A stretch of DNA of 64,000 bases from Squalus acanthias (Eukaryota), in NCBI GenBank assembly GCA_030390025.1, contig CM059432.1:117492001-117556000 (forward strand). Direction: 5' to 3'. Under the pieces are notes generated by a model, which saw nothing but the letters and a program-made list of their open reading frames with translations, did no database searches and was not told where the DNA came from. Positions 25,014 to 37,162 of the stretch are shown here, one piece after another. Numbering within the stretch: position 1 is the first letter of the stretch; every line of letters begins with the position of its first letter. The position numbers were made by a program, and so were the translations under genes.

Positions 25014-26580
25014 ATAGAATCATAGAAATTTATGGCACAGAAGGAGGCCATTCAGCCCATCATGTCTGCGCCGGCCAAAAAAGAGCTATCCAGCCTAATC
25101 CCACTTTCCAGCTCTTGGTCCGTAGCCCTGTTCAATTGCACTTCAAGTGCATATCCAAGTATTTTTTAAATGCGATAAGGGTCTCTGCCTCTACCACCCT
25201 TTCAGGCAGTGAGTTCCAGACCCCCACCACTCACTGAGTGAAAAAAAGTTCTCCTCAACTCCCCCTCTAATCCTTCTACCAATTACTTTAAATATATGCC
25301 CCCTGGTTATTGACTTATCTGCTAAGGAAAATAGGTCCTTCCTATCCACTCTATCTCGGCCCCTCATAATTTTATACACCTCAATTAAGTCTCCCCTCAA
25401 CCTCCTCTGTTACAAAGAAAAACAACCACAGCCTATCCAATCTTTCCTCATAGTTAAAATTCTCCAGTCCTGGCAACATTCTCATAAATCTCCTCTGTAC
25501 CCTCTCTAGTGCAATCACATCTTTCCTGTAATATGGTGACCAGAATTGTAAGCAGTACTCTAGCTTTAGCCTAACTAACGTTTTATACATTTCAAGCATA
25601 ACCTCCCTGCTCTTATATTCAATGCCTCAACTAATAAAGGAAAGTATCCCATATGCCTTCTTAACTAGTACATCTACCTGGCCTGCTACCTTCAGGGATC
25701 TGTGGACATGCATTGCAAGGTCCCTCTGTTCCTCTGCACTTCTCAGTATCCTACCATTTATTGTGCATTCCCTTGCGTTGTTAGCCCTTCCCAAATGCAT
25801 TACCTCACACTTCTCTGGATTGAATTCCATTTGCCATTTTTCTGCCCACTTGACCAGTCCATTGATATCTTCCGGCAGTCTACAGCTTTCTTCCTCACTC
25901 TCAACCACACAGTCAATTTTTGTATCATCTGCAAACTTCTTAATCATGCCCCGTACATTGAAGTCTAAATCACTGATATATACCACAAAAAGCAAGGGAC
26001 CTAATACTGAGCCCTGCGGAACCCCACTGGAAACAGCCTTCCTGTCACAAAACACCCGTTGGCCATTGCCCTTTGCTTCCTGCCACTGAGCCAATTTTGG
26101 ATCCAACTTGCCACTTTGCCTTGGATCCCATGGACTTTTACTTTTCTGATTAGTCTGCCATGTGGGACCTTGTCGAAAGCCTTGCTAAAAGCCGTGTAGA
26201 CCACATCAAATGCATTATTCTGATCGACCCTCCTTGTTACCGCCTCAAAAGTTAGTCAGACACGACCTTCTCTTAACAGATCCATGCTGACTGGCCTTGA
26301 TTAATCCGTGCCTTTCTAAATGATGATTAATACTGTCCCTCAGAATTTGTTCCAATAATTTGCACACCACTGAGGTTAGGCTGACTGGTATGTAATTACT
26401 CGGTCTATCCCTTTCTCTCTCTTTAAACAACGGTACAACGTTAGCAGCCTTCCAGCACGACACCTGTAGACAGAGAGTAATGGAAAATGATGGTCAGAGC
26501 CTCCGCTATTTCCTCCCTTGCTTCTCTTAACAGCCTGGGATTCATTTCATCCGGGCCTGGCGATTTATCTACTTTCAAAG
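25014..26580 (-). mobile_element. 5'-truncated CR1 LINE (RT pseudogene)
   Basis: PVSLTSVV, QHG, KAFDKVPH, GVPQGSVLGP, FADDTK, YEERLDRL. Confidence 0.9.
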
Positions 26581-27207
26581 AATGTCCGGGTTTCCCTGCA
26601 CATAACTTCACAGCGTGCGTGTGATGTCATGGACAGATTCCCTGTCCGGAAGTCAGCCTGATTGACAGGCTGGCTTCCAATCGGGCGGGGATCTCTGGAG
26701 AAGAGACCGCAACCACCGATAGGCACGAGCCCCATTCCCAGGGGGGTCTGATCCCGGGGAGGCGGGGGAACTGATTCTCGACCCCGGGGTGGGGGGGGGG
26801 CGGTGGTCCGATCCCGGGGTTGGGTCCGAACCCCGAACCTGGGGGAGATGTGATCCCTAACCCCGGGGGTGGGGGGGGGAGGGGGTTTGTATGGGGGCGG
26901 GGCTCTGATGGTGGGTGAGCTTAAGATGCTGGGAGGAAGCACACCCGCTGCTCCCAGCCCACAAGGATTGCTCCCTGAGGCTGTCCTCGCCTCGCTGCAA
27001 CTATCGGGAATCCCGAGGCCCGGGAACCTCGGCCGGCCACAGGTAAACCTGCACATCGGGTTAAATCCAAGGCTTCCCATCTCATTATCATATTTAAAGT
27101 GCCAACATGCCTCCGTGGGCGGATTGGAGGTGGGTTGGTGTCGGGATTCAGGTTTTTAACACTTTAACCTCCTACCCAACTTCTTTTTTTAGATTAAACT
27201 GCCCCAA
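26581..27207. repeat. GC-rich interspersed repeat, probably a non-autonomous DNA element
   Basis: G-run-rich block ending TTAAACTGCCCC; one terminus unclear. Confidence 0.35.
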
Positions 27208-27329
27208 TATGTCAGAGGCATGAATTTAAATTTCTAGCTCGGTCACTCTTACTACTCAGAATATTGAATAAAATCTATTATTATGTAAAGTTAAAGAGCC
27301 CCTTTAACTTCCAGTCGTTTAAATTAGCC

Positions 27330-27770
27330 CTCTTTCATTAATCTAGTAACACTGCTTTTTCTTGCCAATTTTCTCCTCTCCACTCCGAAAGATAATGACC
27401 CCCTTGCTGAGCTATGGTTTTACCAGTGCCAGGCACTCTGGTATCTCATCCAGAATCTATTATTACTGTGTGAACCTTTACAGTGTGTATTGACAGGCAA
27501 TTTTCCATGGGGGCATCACAGTTGAGCCCAATTCTATCTTCAGACAAAATTCACTGGCACGCATGCACTTCCTGTAGGGGCACCTGGATGCCAATCAAAA
27601 GCAAGACCGCTGGTTGATTTTCCCCAAGGGCTGAGAGTAACTTTAGCAACCGTACCATTGCCCCAGCTGTGATCAGCTATCTCAGCACAGACTGGGAGAA
27701 AACTTGGAACCTGCCGACACTATCTGCCGCAGCTTTTCGTTGGCTAAATTCACTGAGCCATCCAGTGTCC
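27330..27770 (-). mobile_element. Old tRNA-headed SINE
   Basis: Reverse complement begins GGATGGCTCAGTG (A-box-like). Shares GTGCTGAG..AGCTGAT with 55560-55800. Confidence 0.5.
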
Positions 27771-28579
27771 CTAACTATTTCTCCTTTTCCTAAAGATGGT
27801 GACACACAGAGATTCTATTCCACAGCAACATTTTGACTCTTAGCCCAAAGGCCAGAATTCCTGTGAGCTAGCCTGAGCATTGACTATCGCATTTCCACAA
27901 ATAGTACCTGGATAATGATTAGAGGCATATTCAGTGGCTGATTACTCCCCTCCCTACAACGGGAATGCTGGACCCAACTGCAGGACCTTCAGCGCTGTCC
28001 GACTATTTTCTAACTCAGCAAAAACCAGGGATTGAACCTGATCTGTGGCATGACGTGCATTTATCCACTAAACCATCAGGAGAGGCCCGGCAAAAGTATT
28101 TTTAATCATTTTTCATACAAGCATTGGCACAAAGTCGCATCCTCCCTCTCTCTCCTATCAGTCGGCCCTCAGCTCCATTCCCCCATTACTAAATCTACCT
28201 ATAAGAATTTCTGACAGTTCCAATTGGACATGATCTGGTGGCAAGAGCAGGCGTGATTAGCTATGATGTACTTACGTACTCTCTGCATTACCTGAGTCAG
28301 CAAATAGAAATGTTTTAGAATGCAGAATTTGAAGATGACATGAAAGGTAATAATGAATTAATTTGAAAAATATTGAAAAACAAGTTTTATGTTTTTTGGT
28401 ATGAAGAGTGGGAATATAATGGAGGCGTTTTTTTTCCCCAATGACCATTTTGAAGTAAAAAGAAATACTAAATATTTAATGCAGCATCTTTCTGCTGTTG
28501 GTACATTTTATTTCTAATTACAACCAGGTAGAATATTCGAGATTTGAGTAGAAATTTGATTTTGGTTGATTATCAGGAA

Positions 28580-29742
28580 TGGTAGCATAGTGGTAATGTC
28601 ACTGGACTAGTAATCCCGTCAGGCCTGGATGAATGATCCAGTGGATATGAGTTCAAATCCCACCACTGGCAGCTGGGGAATTTAAGTTCAGTTAATTAAA
28701 TAAATCTGGAATAAAAAGCTAGCATCAGTAATGGTAACCTGTTCTGCCCTATATGTGACTCCAGACCCACAGCAATGTGGTTGACTCTTAACTGCCCTCT
28801 GAAATGACATAGCAAGACACTCAGTTGTAACAAGCTGCTGCGAATCACGATAATAAGAATAAAACCGGACAGATCACCCGGCATCGAACTCGGCACTGGC
28901 TACAGACATGACAACGGCACACCCAGCCCAGTCAACACTGCAAAGTCCTCCTCACCAACATCTGGGGACTTGTACCAAAATTGGGAGAGCTGTCCCACAG
29001 ACTAGTCAAGCAACAACCTGACATAGTCATTCCTCACAGAATCATATCTTTCAGCCAATGTCCCAAACTCCTCCATCCCTGGGTATGTCCTCGGGACACC
29101 ATTGACCAGAATCTTAACTGGACCAGCCACATAAATACTGTGGCAACAAGAGCAGGTCAGAAGCTAAGTATTCTGCGGCGAGTGTCTCACCTCCTGACTC
29201 CCCAAAGCCTTTCCACCATTTACAAGGCTCACAAGAGTGTGATGGAATACTCTCCACATGGCTGGATGAGTGCAGCTCCAATAGCACTCAAGAAGCTCGA
29301 TACCATCCAGGACAAAGCAGCCCGCTTGATTGCCACCCCATCCACCACCTTAAACATTCACTCCCTCCACCACTGGCGTACTGTGGCTGAAGTGTGTTCC
29401 ATCTACAAGATGCACTGCAGCAACTCGCCAAGGCGTCTTCGGCAGCACCCCCCAAACCCGCAACCTCTTCCACCTAGAAGGACAAGGGCAGCTGGTGCAT
29501 GGGAACACCACCACCTCCAAGTTCCCCTCCAAGTCACACACCAGCCTGACTTGGCAGTATATCGCCGATCCTTCATCGTCACTGGGACAAAATCCTGGAA
29601 CTCCTCGCTAACAGCACTGTGGGTGTACGTTCACCGCATGGACTGGAGCAGTTCAAGAAGGTGGCTTACTACCACCTTCTCAAGGGCAATTAGGGATGGG
29701 CAATAAATGCTGGCCTTGCCAATGACGCCCACATCCCAGGAA
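28580..29742 (+). mobile_element. tRNA-headed, internally deleted LINE of the same family as 20870-22080
   Basis: GGTAGCATAGTGGTAA A-box, GAGTTCAAATCCC B-box, SINE-like body, endonuclease start (NIWGLVPKLGELSHRLVKQQPDIVI) joined directly to the RT C-terminus and 3' tail. Confidence 0.75.
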
Positions 29743-31049
29743 TGGCAGTAAGTTTCTCCCATCCTAAGTTAAGCTGGGCAGAAACATCTCCCCACAATAT
29801 TCTTTCTGTATATGTAGAAATTTAACCAAATGAATCCCAACCCAAATGCTGTACGCATCACCCAAAAATGGACAGGGGCTTCTGTTGGCTGCTGGTAATG
29901 ATGGTGGAAAATAGAAGTGGTGCTAAAGTGGAAGGGGATCTGGTGTGGTACATCCCTATCCGATTTCCTATTCTGCCACACATCCATCCCCCAGTTAGGG
30001 TCACCAAATTGTGTGGAGGCCTATGGAAAATCTTGGCTATTGTGTCCCTTAGACCCCCAATAAAACACTAATATTCAGATAACTAGTTAATTCCATAAAG
30101 AGTATTTACACAGACAGACAGGACAACACTTCCCTTTTGTCATTGTCATTGTTCAAAGGGGCCTACAAATCTGATAAGAGGAAGATATTTTACAATGATC
30201 AAGTATTGTTGTGGATGGTATGATCATTTGGGATAGGTAACAGGATTTGCTGAGGAAGAGTATGTAATTTAACCTATCTGCAGACAGGGTAGAAGGAGGA
30301 GTGCGGTATGGTATATAGGTTAGGAATTAATTATCTTGGTCTAGGTAAGAATGGTGTGTGGAGGGTTCAAACTCAGCAGGGATTTCATCATGGAGATCTG
30401 AAACTTGTTTCTGAAGATCTGTCAAACCAACCGCCCTACCTCTGGCAGTTACAACTTATTAAATTTCTTCACCACAGGATCATTCCAAGCTCCTGGAGGA
30501 GGTCATACTTGCATTGCATTGAGGTCATTGTCTCAGTGTGTACAAGACATGATTAAAGCTCTAATGATGCATTCTTCGTGTTTCATTTAATTCTCAAAGA
30601 CAGGACATCAACAGGTTGCTAGGCAGGAGAATTTTCATAAACTGATAGGCTTCTCTTAATTGCAGAGTGTATTGTACGACACATACATTCAGATACAGCA
30701 ATCCTACGCTGATCTATGTGAACAGGAAAGGATTTCACTTTCTGTATGTGAAAGTTGTGTGTGATGCACAGAACATAATGCAAGTAATACATTTACAGAA
30801 TCCATGCATGATGCATATAAAATTCTTTTGTTCTGGCACTGTTTGAGGGGAAGAATATTTATCTGGATTGCTACTAGGAAAATAAGGGGCATCCATTGAA
30901 ATTACGGCTCACGACACTGGTCCAGAACCACATACCAAATCTGTGACTGCAATCAAGCAAATAAAATATGTAAAGACTCAGTGACCTCAGTACCATTGCC
31001 AACCCTTAGATAGCTTTCCTCCAGCTGGCTGATCACATTCTTAAGCTTT

Positions 31050-31252
31050 CTTTAATTCATTCTAGAGATTTGGAGATCGCTGGCAAGGCCAGCATTTATT
31101 GCCCATCCCGAGTTGCCCTTGAGAATGTGGTGGTGCGCCTTTTTCTTGAACCATTGCAGTCCGTGCCGTGATGCTGCTTCCACAATACTGTTAGGCAGGG
31201 AGTTCCAGGGTTTTGACCCAGCGATGATGAACGAACGGCGATATGTGTCCAC
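31050..31252 (-). mobile_element. Short 3' fragment of the same Zenon/Crack-like LINE
   Basis: YRRSFIIAGSKPWNSLP...HHILKGN plus the same 3' tail. Confidence 0.7.
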
Positions 31253-31809
31253 ACATATGGAAAACTGTTGCTGATAGGTGATTGCAATTTTTGTTGGAGA
31301 TCAATGAGCTCTTTCCTCAGCAATAAGTCAACCATCAAAATGGATGCAAGTAGCAGATCCCATTAAGAATGATGATCAGGTCTGACTGCATGCAACAAGG
31401 TACGTGTACTGGACACCCACAAACATTGGAGATGAGCTGTCTGTGAGATCAGGCCAGGCTGATTGATATCAAAATTAGTAAAGTTACAGAGGCATTTTTT
31501 AGATTCCAATTAAATTGTATATAGTCAGAGATTTAAGGTACTTGGACACCAGGTAATGCGTGAGTACCTGCATACTATGCAGTAATTCCTACTACTGTGT
31601 CTTTAATCATGGATGATTGACTGCTTGGACCTGAGGCTTTTAGGCTGATTAAATATTGGGGAATTGCCCTATAGTCATTAGTTCTGGCAGGGATTCTGAA
31701 CTCTAGATGAACTGAGAGTCCTGTCATCCATATATTTCATTGCCTATGAAAGGTCTTCCAAGAGACAGAACCTGCCTGTTTCATCCATAAGTTTTGTACT
31801 TATCAGACT

Positions 31810-33692
31810 TTGTATCAGACCCCATCCAGAGTACTGCATTCAGTTTAGGGCACTAGACCTCAGGAAGGATATATTGACCTTAGATGGGGTATAGTGCAGA
31901 TTCACCAGAATCTTTACGAGGTGTAAGATTCTCAAAATTCACAGATCCCCCAAAACTCAGAGAAAAACCCTAAAGAAAAGGACTTTGGACTCTTTTTTTA
32001 ACTACTTCAGGGTGATAAAATGTATTGGGCCTAACAGAGGGAGATTCAGAGCAAAAACCAAGATTTGGTATTTTTAAAAGGCATGTTTGGGCTTGTAAAC
32101 AAAAAAGGCTGCAACAGGAGTTGGGTTCAACCTCTGTAAAATACAGTTTGGGTATTGGAGTTAATCAAACTGTCTGGGGAACTGTTTAACGTTACTCAGC
32201 CCCTATCAGACAATTTACATTCCAACAATAGACCCACGGAAGAGCAGTCCCCACCTGAATTACAGGACCCATCAAAAACATGCATAAAACAGATCACCTC
32301 GCCCCACTCCATAGAAATCTCAGGCCCAGTCAGGAAACTCGAAACCTGAGCACAATGACCACAATCAAGAAACAGCTCAACAGCTCATGGAACCATTCCG
32401 AAACCACTTCACACTTTCGTGAACAATTGAAGGCCTGTTTTCTCAAGTTCAAGCGTGGAACAGTTACACAGTTACAACAATCAGGAGTTCATCAAGTTCA
32501 GCAGTTACGGAGTTCAGCAGTTCTAGAAGCAGGTCGACACGCAAGAAGAGACCAGAGCAACAGCTCCAGTGACCATCAGACACCTCGCGGTGACAAGGGC
32601 CTTACGAAACAACCAACCGAATATTACCACCAACCAACCGGGTAATATTGGGTCACTGCGACCAAAGAAAACCAACTCGGGAGAAAAATGAAGACTCGCA
32701 AGTTTTCCACTCTGCAATCTATTCCTGGCTTACCCCTGGGTAAGATTTTTACTCAAAAGACTCTAAACCCTAACTCTAACCGAAGAAAAGTGGGTACTCA
32801 CCCGATACATCCAATACGCACCCCACCGCATCAGCGGACTCGCGAAGACTGACCAGATACGCAGTTGAAGTCCTCTACCGCGTCTGGGGTATGGCAGGCA
32901 CCAACCAACACACCCAGTGAACCCCGAAACCGCGAACCAGCTCAACTGTCAAGGATTAGTTTGGAGAGCATTATCTCTGGTCCTCTAGAGCCCAACTTAG
33001 CTAGTAAAGTGGGATTGGGAGGGGTGAGGTATTTTTCTGCTGTAATTTCCCTCGTGTGTATCGAAGTGTTCCCCATTTTATTAGAGTGTTAAGATTATTG
33101 TGTTATATTTTCTTTCTTGAATAAAGATCAAAGTTTCTTGCACCAAAACCAGTTGTCCGCTGCACTTTTTGTCACAACCCCCAAATAAGTCCAAGGTCTA
33201 GAACCAAGGGAGTGGGAGCGATTCGAACCACTCATAAGAGGTTAAGCTGACACACACCACCACCCCCTACATAGGACAGTTTGCATAAACTTGGCTTGTA
33301 TTCTCTTGAGCTTAGAAGGTTGAGGGGTGAACTAGTTGCAGTGTTTAAAATGATAAAGGGATGCAATAGGGTAGATAGAAAGAAATTATTTTCTCTGGTG
33401 AGTGGCACAATCTTAAAATTAGAGCTCGGCCATTTCGGTGTGATATCAGGTAGCACATTTTCACAGAAAGTGTATTGGATATCTGCAATTCTCTCCCCCA
33501 GAAGACTATGGATGCTGAGTCAATTAACATTTTCCAAACTGAGATTGATAAATTTTTGTTAAGTTAGGGTATTAAAGGATATGGATAAATGGATAAAGCA
33601 GGTAAATGGAGTTGAGGTACAGATCAGTCATGTTCTAATTGAATGGTGGAACAGGCTCGAGGGGCTGAATGACCTACCCCTGTTCCTATATT
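31810..33692 (+). mobile_element. CR1 3' fragment split by a solo LTR
   Basis: RPHPEYCIQF...RFTR before 31921; resumes at ACAGTTTGCATAAACTTGG (LHKLGLYSLELRRLRG) after 33275. Confidence 0.75.
31922..33271 (+). mobile_element. Solo LTR (~1.35 kb) related to the provirus LTR
   Basis: TGTAAG...CCTACA termini, flanks GAGG/TAGG (4-bp TSD, 1 mismatch), AATAAA at 33120. U5 motif TAAGTCCA..GTCTAGAACC...GATTCGAACCACTCA shared with the provirus LTR. Confidence 0.8.
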
Positions 33693-36375
33693 CTGAAAAT
33701 TATATTATAACCTCTATAGACTGATTACAAGCTTATTGTTTTTAAGTATTGTGTTGAATCAGGATCTTGCTGTATTATTCAGCTTCTGTGTATTTCTTAA
33801 CCTGGAAATAAATCTGACCAAGTAGTTTTGACCTCTACACATTGTTTGGTTGTTATGCTGCTTTCCACTGTTCAGGAAAGATAGTAGAATATGGCGAGCA
33901 TCTTATGTGTTCTCCAGTGAACTAAGTATTGCAACTGGGGTCATTGTCAATCATAGGCATGCTAACATATACATGGCATGTGTAATGGTTCAGAGAATTT
34001 GGATTACAGGAGACTTCACCAATGATTTTCTTTTGCGATCCAGCCTGAAAGCTGATGTGATCGTGGTGAAGAATGATGGAAAAAGGCAGGCGATGAGGCC
34101 TACTGTCCCCTCACCACCCCAACTGGGAATTTCCTTTCCCTGCCCCACTGGGACTCCTGAGTGGCTGCTGCTTCCGTGCCCACTACATGCAACTGGTGGC
34201 AGCGAGTGCCCAGTGAACTCTCCTTGCATCCACCCCACCACCCCCCCCCCCCCCCACCCCCGGACCCCATCTGCCCCATTTACCACCACTTCCTGGGACT
34301 ACCATGTAGAAGTTTCTGGTAGGCTTGGGGCATGGTGGTAATGGTGCTGGTGTCCACCAATAGAGGGAGAAGGCCTTGTAGCAGCCTCTTCTTCCCCCAA
34401 TGACTTAGATCTCCGTCTCTGCCGAGCCCTACAAGGCTGCAGCTACATCGGTCTTCGGAGCACTTGCGTTCCTTTATTTCTATCCCTGTCTCTTTGGGTG
34501 CTGCAGATGTGGTCCTCCTTTAGCACTACTGGCATTTCCCTTGGGGCCGAAGGCTCGCTCCCTCCTGTTTGGAAGTCTTCATGCATATTTGATCAACTCC
34601 AATCCAGAGAAATGGGTGCAAAATAGGAGGTGTGGGTGGAAGTCCCATCCCATTGGAACTCCACCCCAAAGAGAATAATCTTGGCCTTAGTCTGCTTATG
34701 TAACCTGCCTTTTTGAATTGAGCACAAAACAAAGACACTGGCAAAAAGCCCACACTCTAACATCCACATCTCCTGCTTAGGTGTTTGCTCACTGTACAAC
34801 CTGTGACATAAAATGGAGCAGATTTTTCTTTTTACTACCTGGGCATTTACCATCACCTAGGCAGAGAGGAAAATCAGAAGGTGAGGATTGCATGTCTGCA
34901 ACACAGCCTGCCTGATCTTCCTTCTATTTAACTTCATGAAATGAAAATCAGGCAGGCTCGCTTATGGGCAGCTAATCCTCCCCATCCAATTTTTCCTCTC
35001 TGTGCTCCATTCAAATGATGCTTAATGCTAAGGTGGTAAAGTGAAAAATCTATCCCCATACTCTTTCAATATACCTTCCTCAACTTGTAGTACCAATTCC
35101 TTTATAATGCTGATGCATTCATGTTCAGGGAGTGTTAATTATATTTGTGATATAGGTGTGCTTGGACAATTTTAACAGCCAGGCCTCATTAGCATGCCAC
35201 TTGTCAACTTCCCCACCAAAAGGACCAGGAAGCCGATGGCAAGTGGCCCCAGAGTGTTTGTGTGTGTGGAGTTTACGAGGGCTGATGTTTTTGTTGGAGG
35301 TCCTGCCTTTACTGTAAACACACGTAGGCTGCGATTTTGCCAGTGCTCAGCGGACGGGATGGGTGGTGGGTCAGCTGTGAAATTTAAAATGATTAACAGC
35401 GGGTCGGGAACCCACTGTCAAAACGCGCACACCTGCATTTCCTGATGTTGGGTCTGTCAGCGCTGAGCAGACCTGACAGACAGCGAATGGGGAGGCAATT
35501 AAAATCACTAGTGGCTTGTTTACAGCCACTTAACAATGCTTTTTCCCCAGCTTTTTGAATTTGACAGGTCGTCCACCATTTTCCCGCTGTGCCTAGACCT
35601 CGTCTGTGAAGCTGAGGTGGGAGGCCAGTGACCATTGAATTAGCTGATGAGTTGACAGCTTCAAATGTCAAGTCAAAGCTCCCAGCTGATTGAGAAATGT
35701 TCCCTTAACCACTAGCTTCTCTAAACTGTATTTCCACTACTGATTCAGAATGCTGCAAGTCTTTACACAAGTCACCATCCAATCTGACCTCATTACCTCT
35801 CCCACCCTTGGCAGATCACTTCTGTCATCTCAACTTCACCTGCCATCTATTCCATCAGCATGGGTGCACTTTATATTCTCTCACCTTGGTCCTCAGAATC
35901 TGATCACGATCAGCCCCAACACCAGCATCACCAGGCACACCAGCAGCACCAACAACCACACCAAACTTCTCCGCAATCACCTGATGCTGCACTTAACACA
36001 GGGCATCAGCACCTGACCACATTGCCGCCCGGGACGCCAGGGATGGCCTCACCGTGGCCAGATTTACTTCACTTGACATTGTACATCCTGGCTGCCACAT
36101 GATGCGCCAGGTTGGCATCACCCCACACCAACACCATAAAGCATCCCTACAATGCCCAAGCCATTCCTTTCACGCTCATCATCATTGCAGAGGGTACCGT
36201 TCTGTCTCACCATTCACTGCAACTCATTAAGCCACTTCCAAAGGTGCACACAAATCTGTCCAAGAACACAAAGTATTGAAAATAAAGATTTCAATGTTTG
36301 ACAGCAGATTAACAGAAACTTCACATGAACATTGGCTAAAACACACAAGTGCGTGCCCTTGTGTGTTGTTAGTTG

Positions 36376-36704
36376 GTAGATGCAGGAAGGATGTTCCCGA
36401 TGGCCGGGGAGTCCAGAACCAGGGGTCACAGTCTAAGGATAAGGGGTAAGCCATTTAGACTGAGATGAGGAGGAATTTCTTCACCCAGAGAGTGGTGAAC
36501 CTGTGGAATTCTCTACCACAGAAGGCAGTAGAGGCCAATTCATTAAATATATTCAAGAAGGAGTTAGATATATTTCTTAAAACTAAAGGGATCAAGGGAT
36601 ATGGAGAGAAGGCAGGGACAGGGTACTGAATTTGGATGATCAGCCATGATCTCATTGAATGGCGGAGCAGGCTCGAGGGGCTGATTGGCCTACTCCTGCT
36701 CCTA
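36376..36704 (+). mobile_element. CR1 3' end; its tail resumes at ~51030 as (TTTCTATG)n
   Basis: FRLR..RNFFTQRVVNLWNSLPQ coding remnant and 3' UTR; TCCTA repeated at the break points. Confidence 0.7.
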
Positions 36705-37162
36705 CATAGATACATAGATACATAGAAGATAGGAGCAGGAGTAGGCCATCCGGCCCTTCGAGCCTGCTCCGCCATTTAATGAGATCATGGCTGATCCTCC
36801 AATTCAGTATCCCGTCCCCGCCTTCTCTCCGTAACCCTTAACCCCTTTTGCCTGTAGAAATATATCTAATTCCCTCTTAAATATATTTAATGAGCTGGCG
36901 TACACTGCCCTCTGTGGCAATGAGTTCCACAGGTTCACCACCCTCTGAGTGAAGAAATTCCCCCTCATTTCTGTCCTAAATGGTTTAGCCCTTATCCTTA
37001 AATTATGTCCTCTAGTTCTGTTCTCACCCGCCAAGGGAAACATTCCTTCTGCATCTAGTCTGTCTAGACCTGTCAGAATTTTATACACTTCTATGAGGTC
37101 CCCTCTCAATCTTCTAAACTCCAGTGTGTACATCCCTAAACTACATAGTCTCTCCTCATAGG
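36705..37162 (-). mobile_element. 3' part of the CR1 LINE disrupted by the provirus
   Basis: YEERLCSLGMYTLEFRRLRGD...; (acatagat)n tail; continuous with 49909-51025. Confidence 0.9.

Noticed and set aside
37157..37162. 6-bp TSD CATAGG for the provirus
   Set aside because: The CA at 49907-49908 belongs to the LTR (the other LTR also ends CTACA), so the TSD is the 4-bp TAGG.
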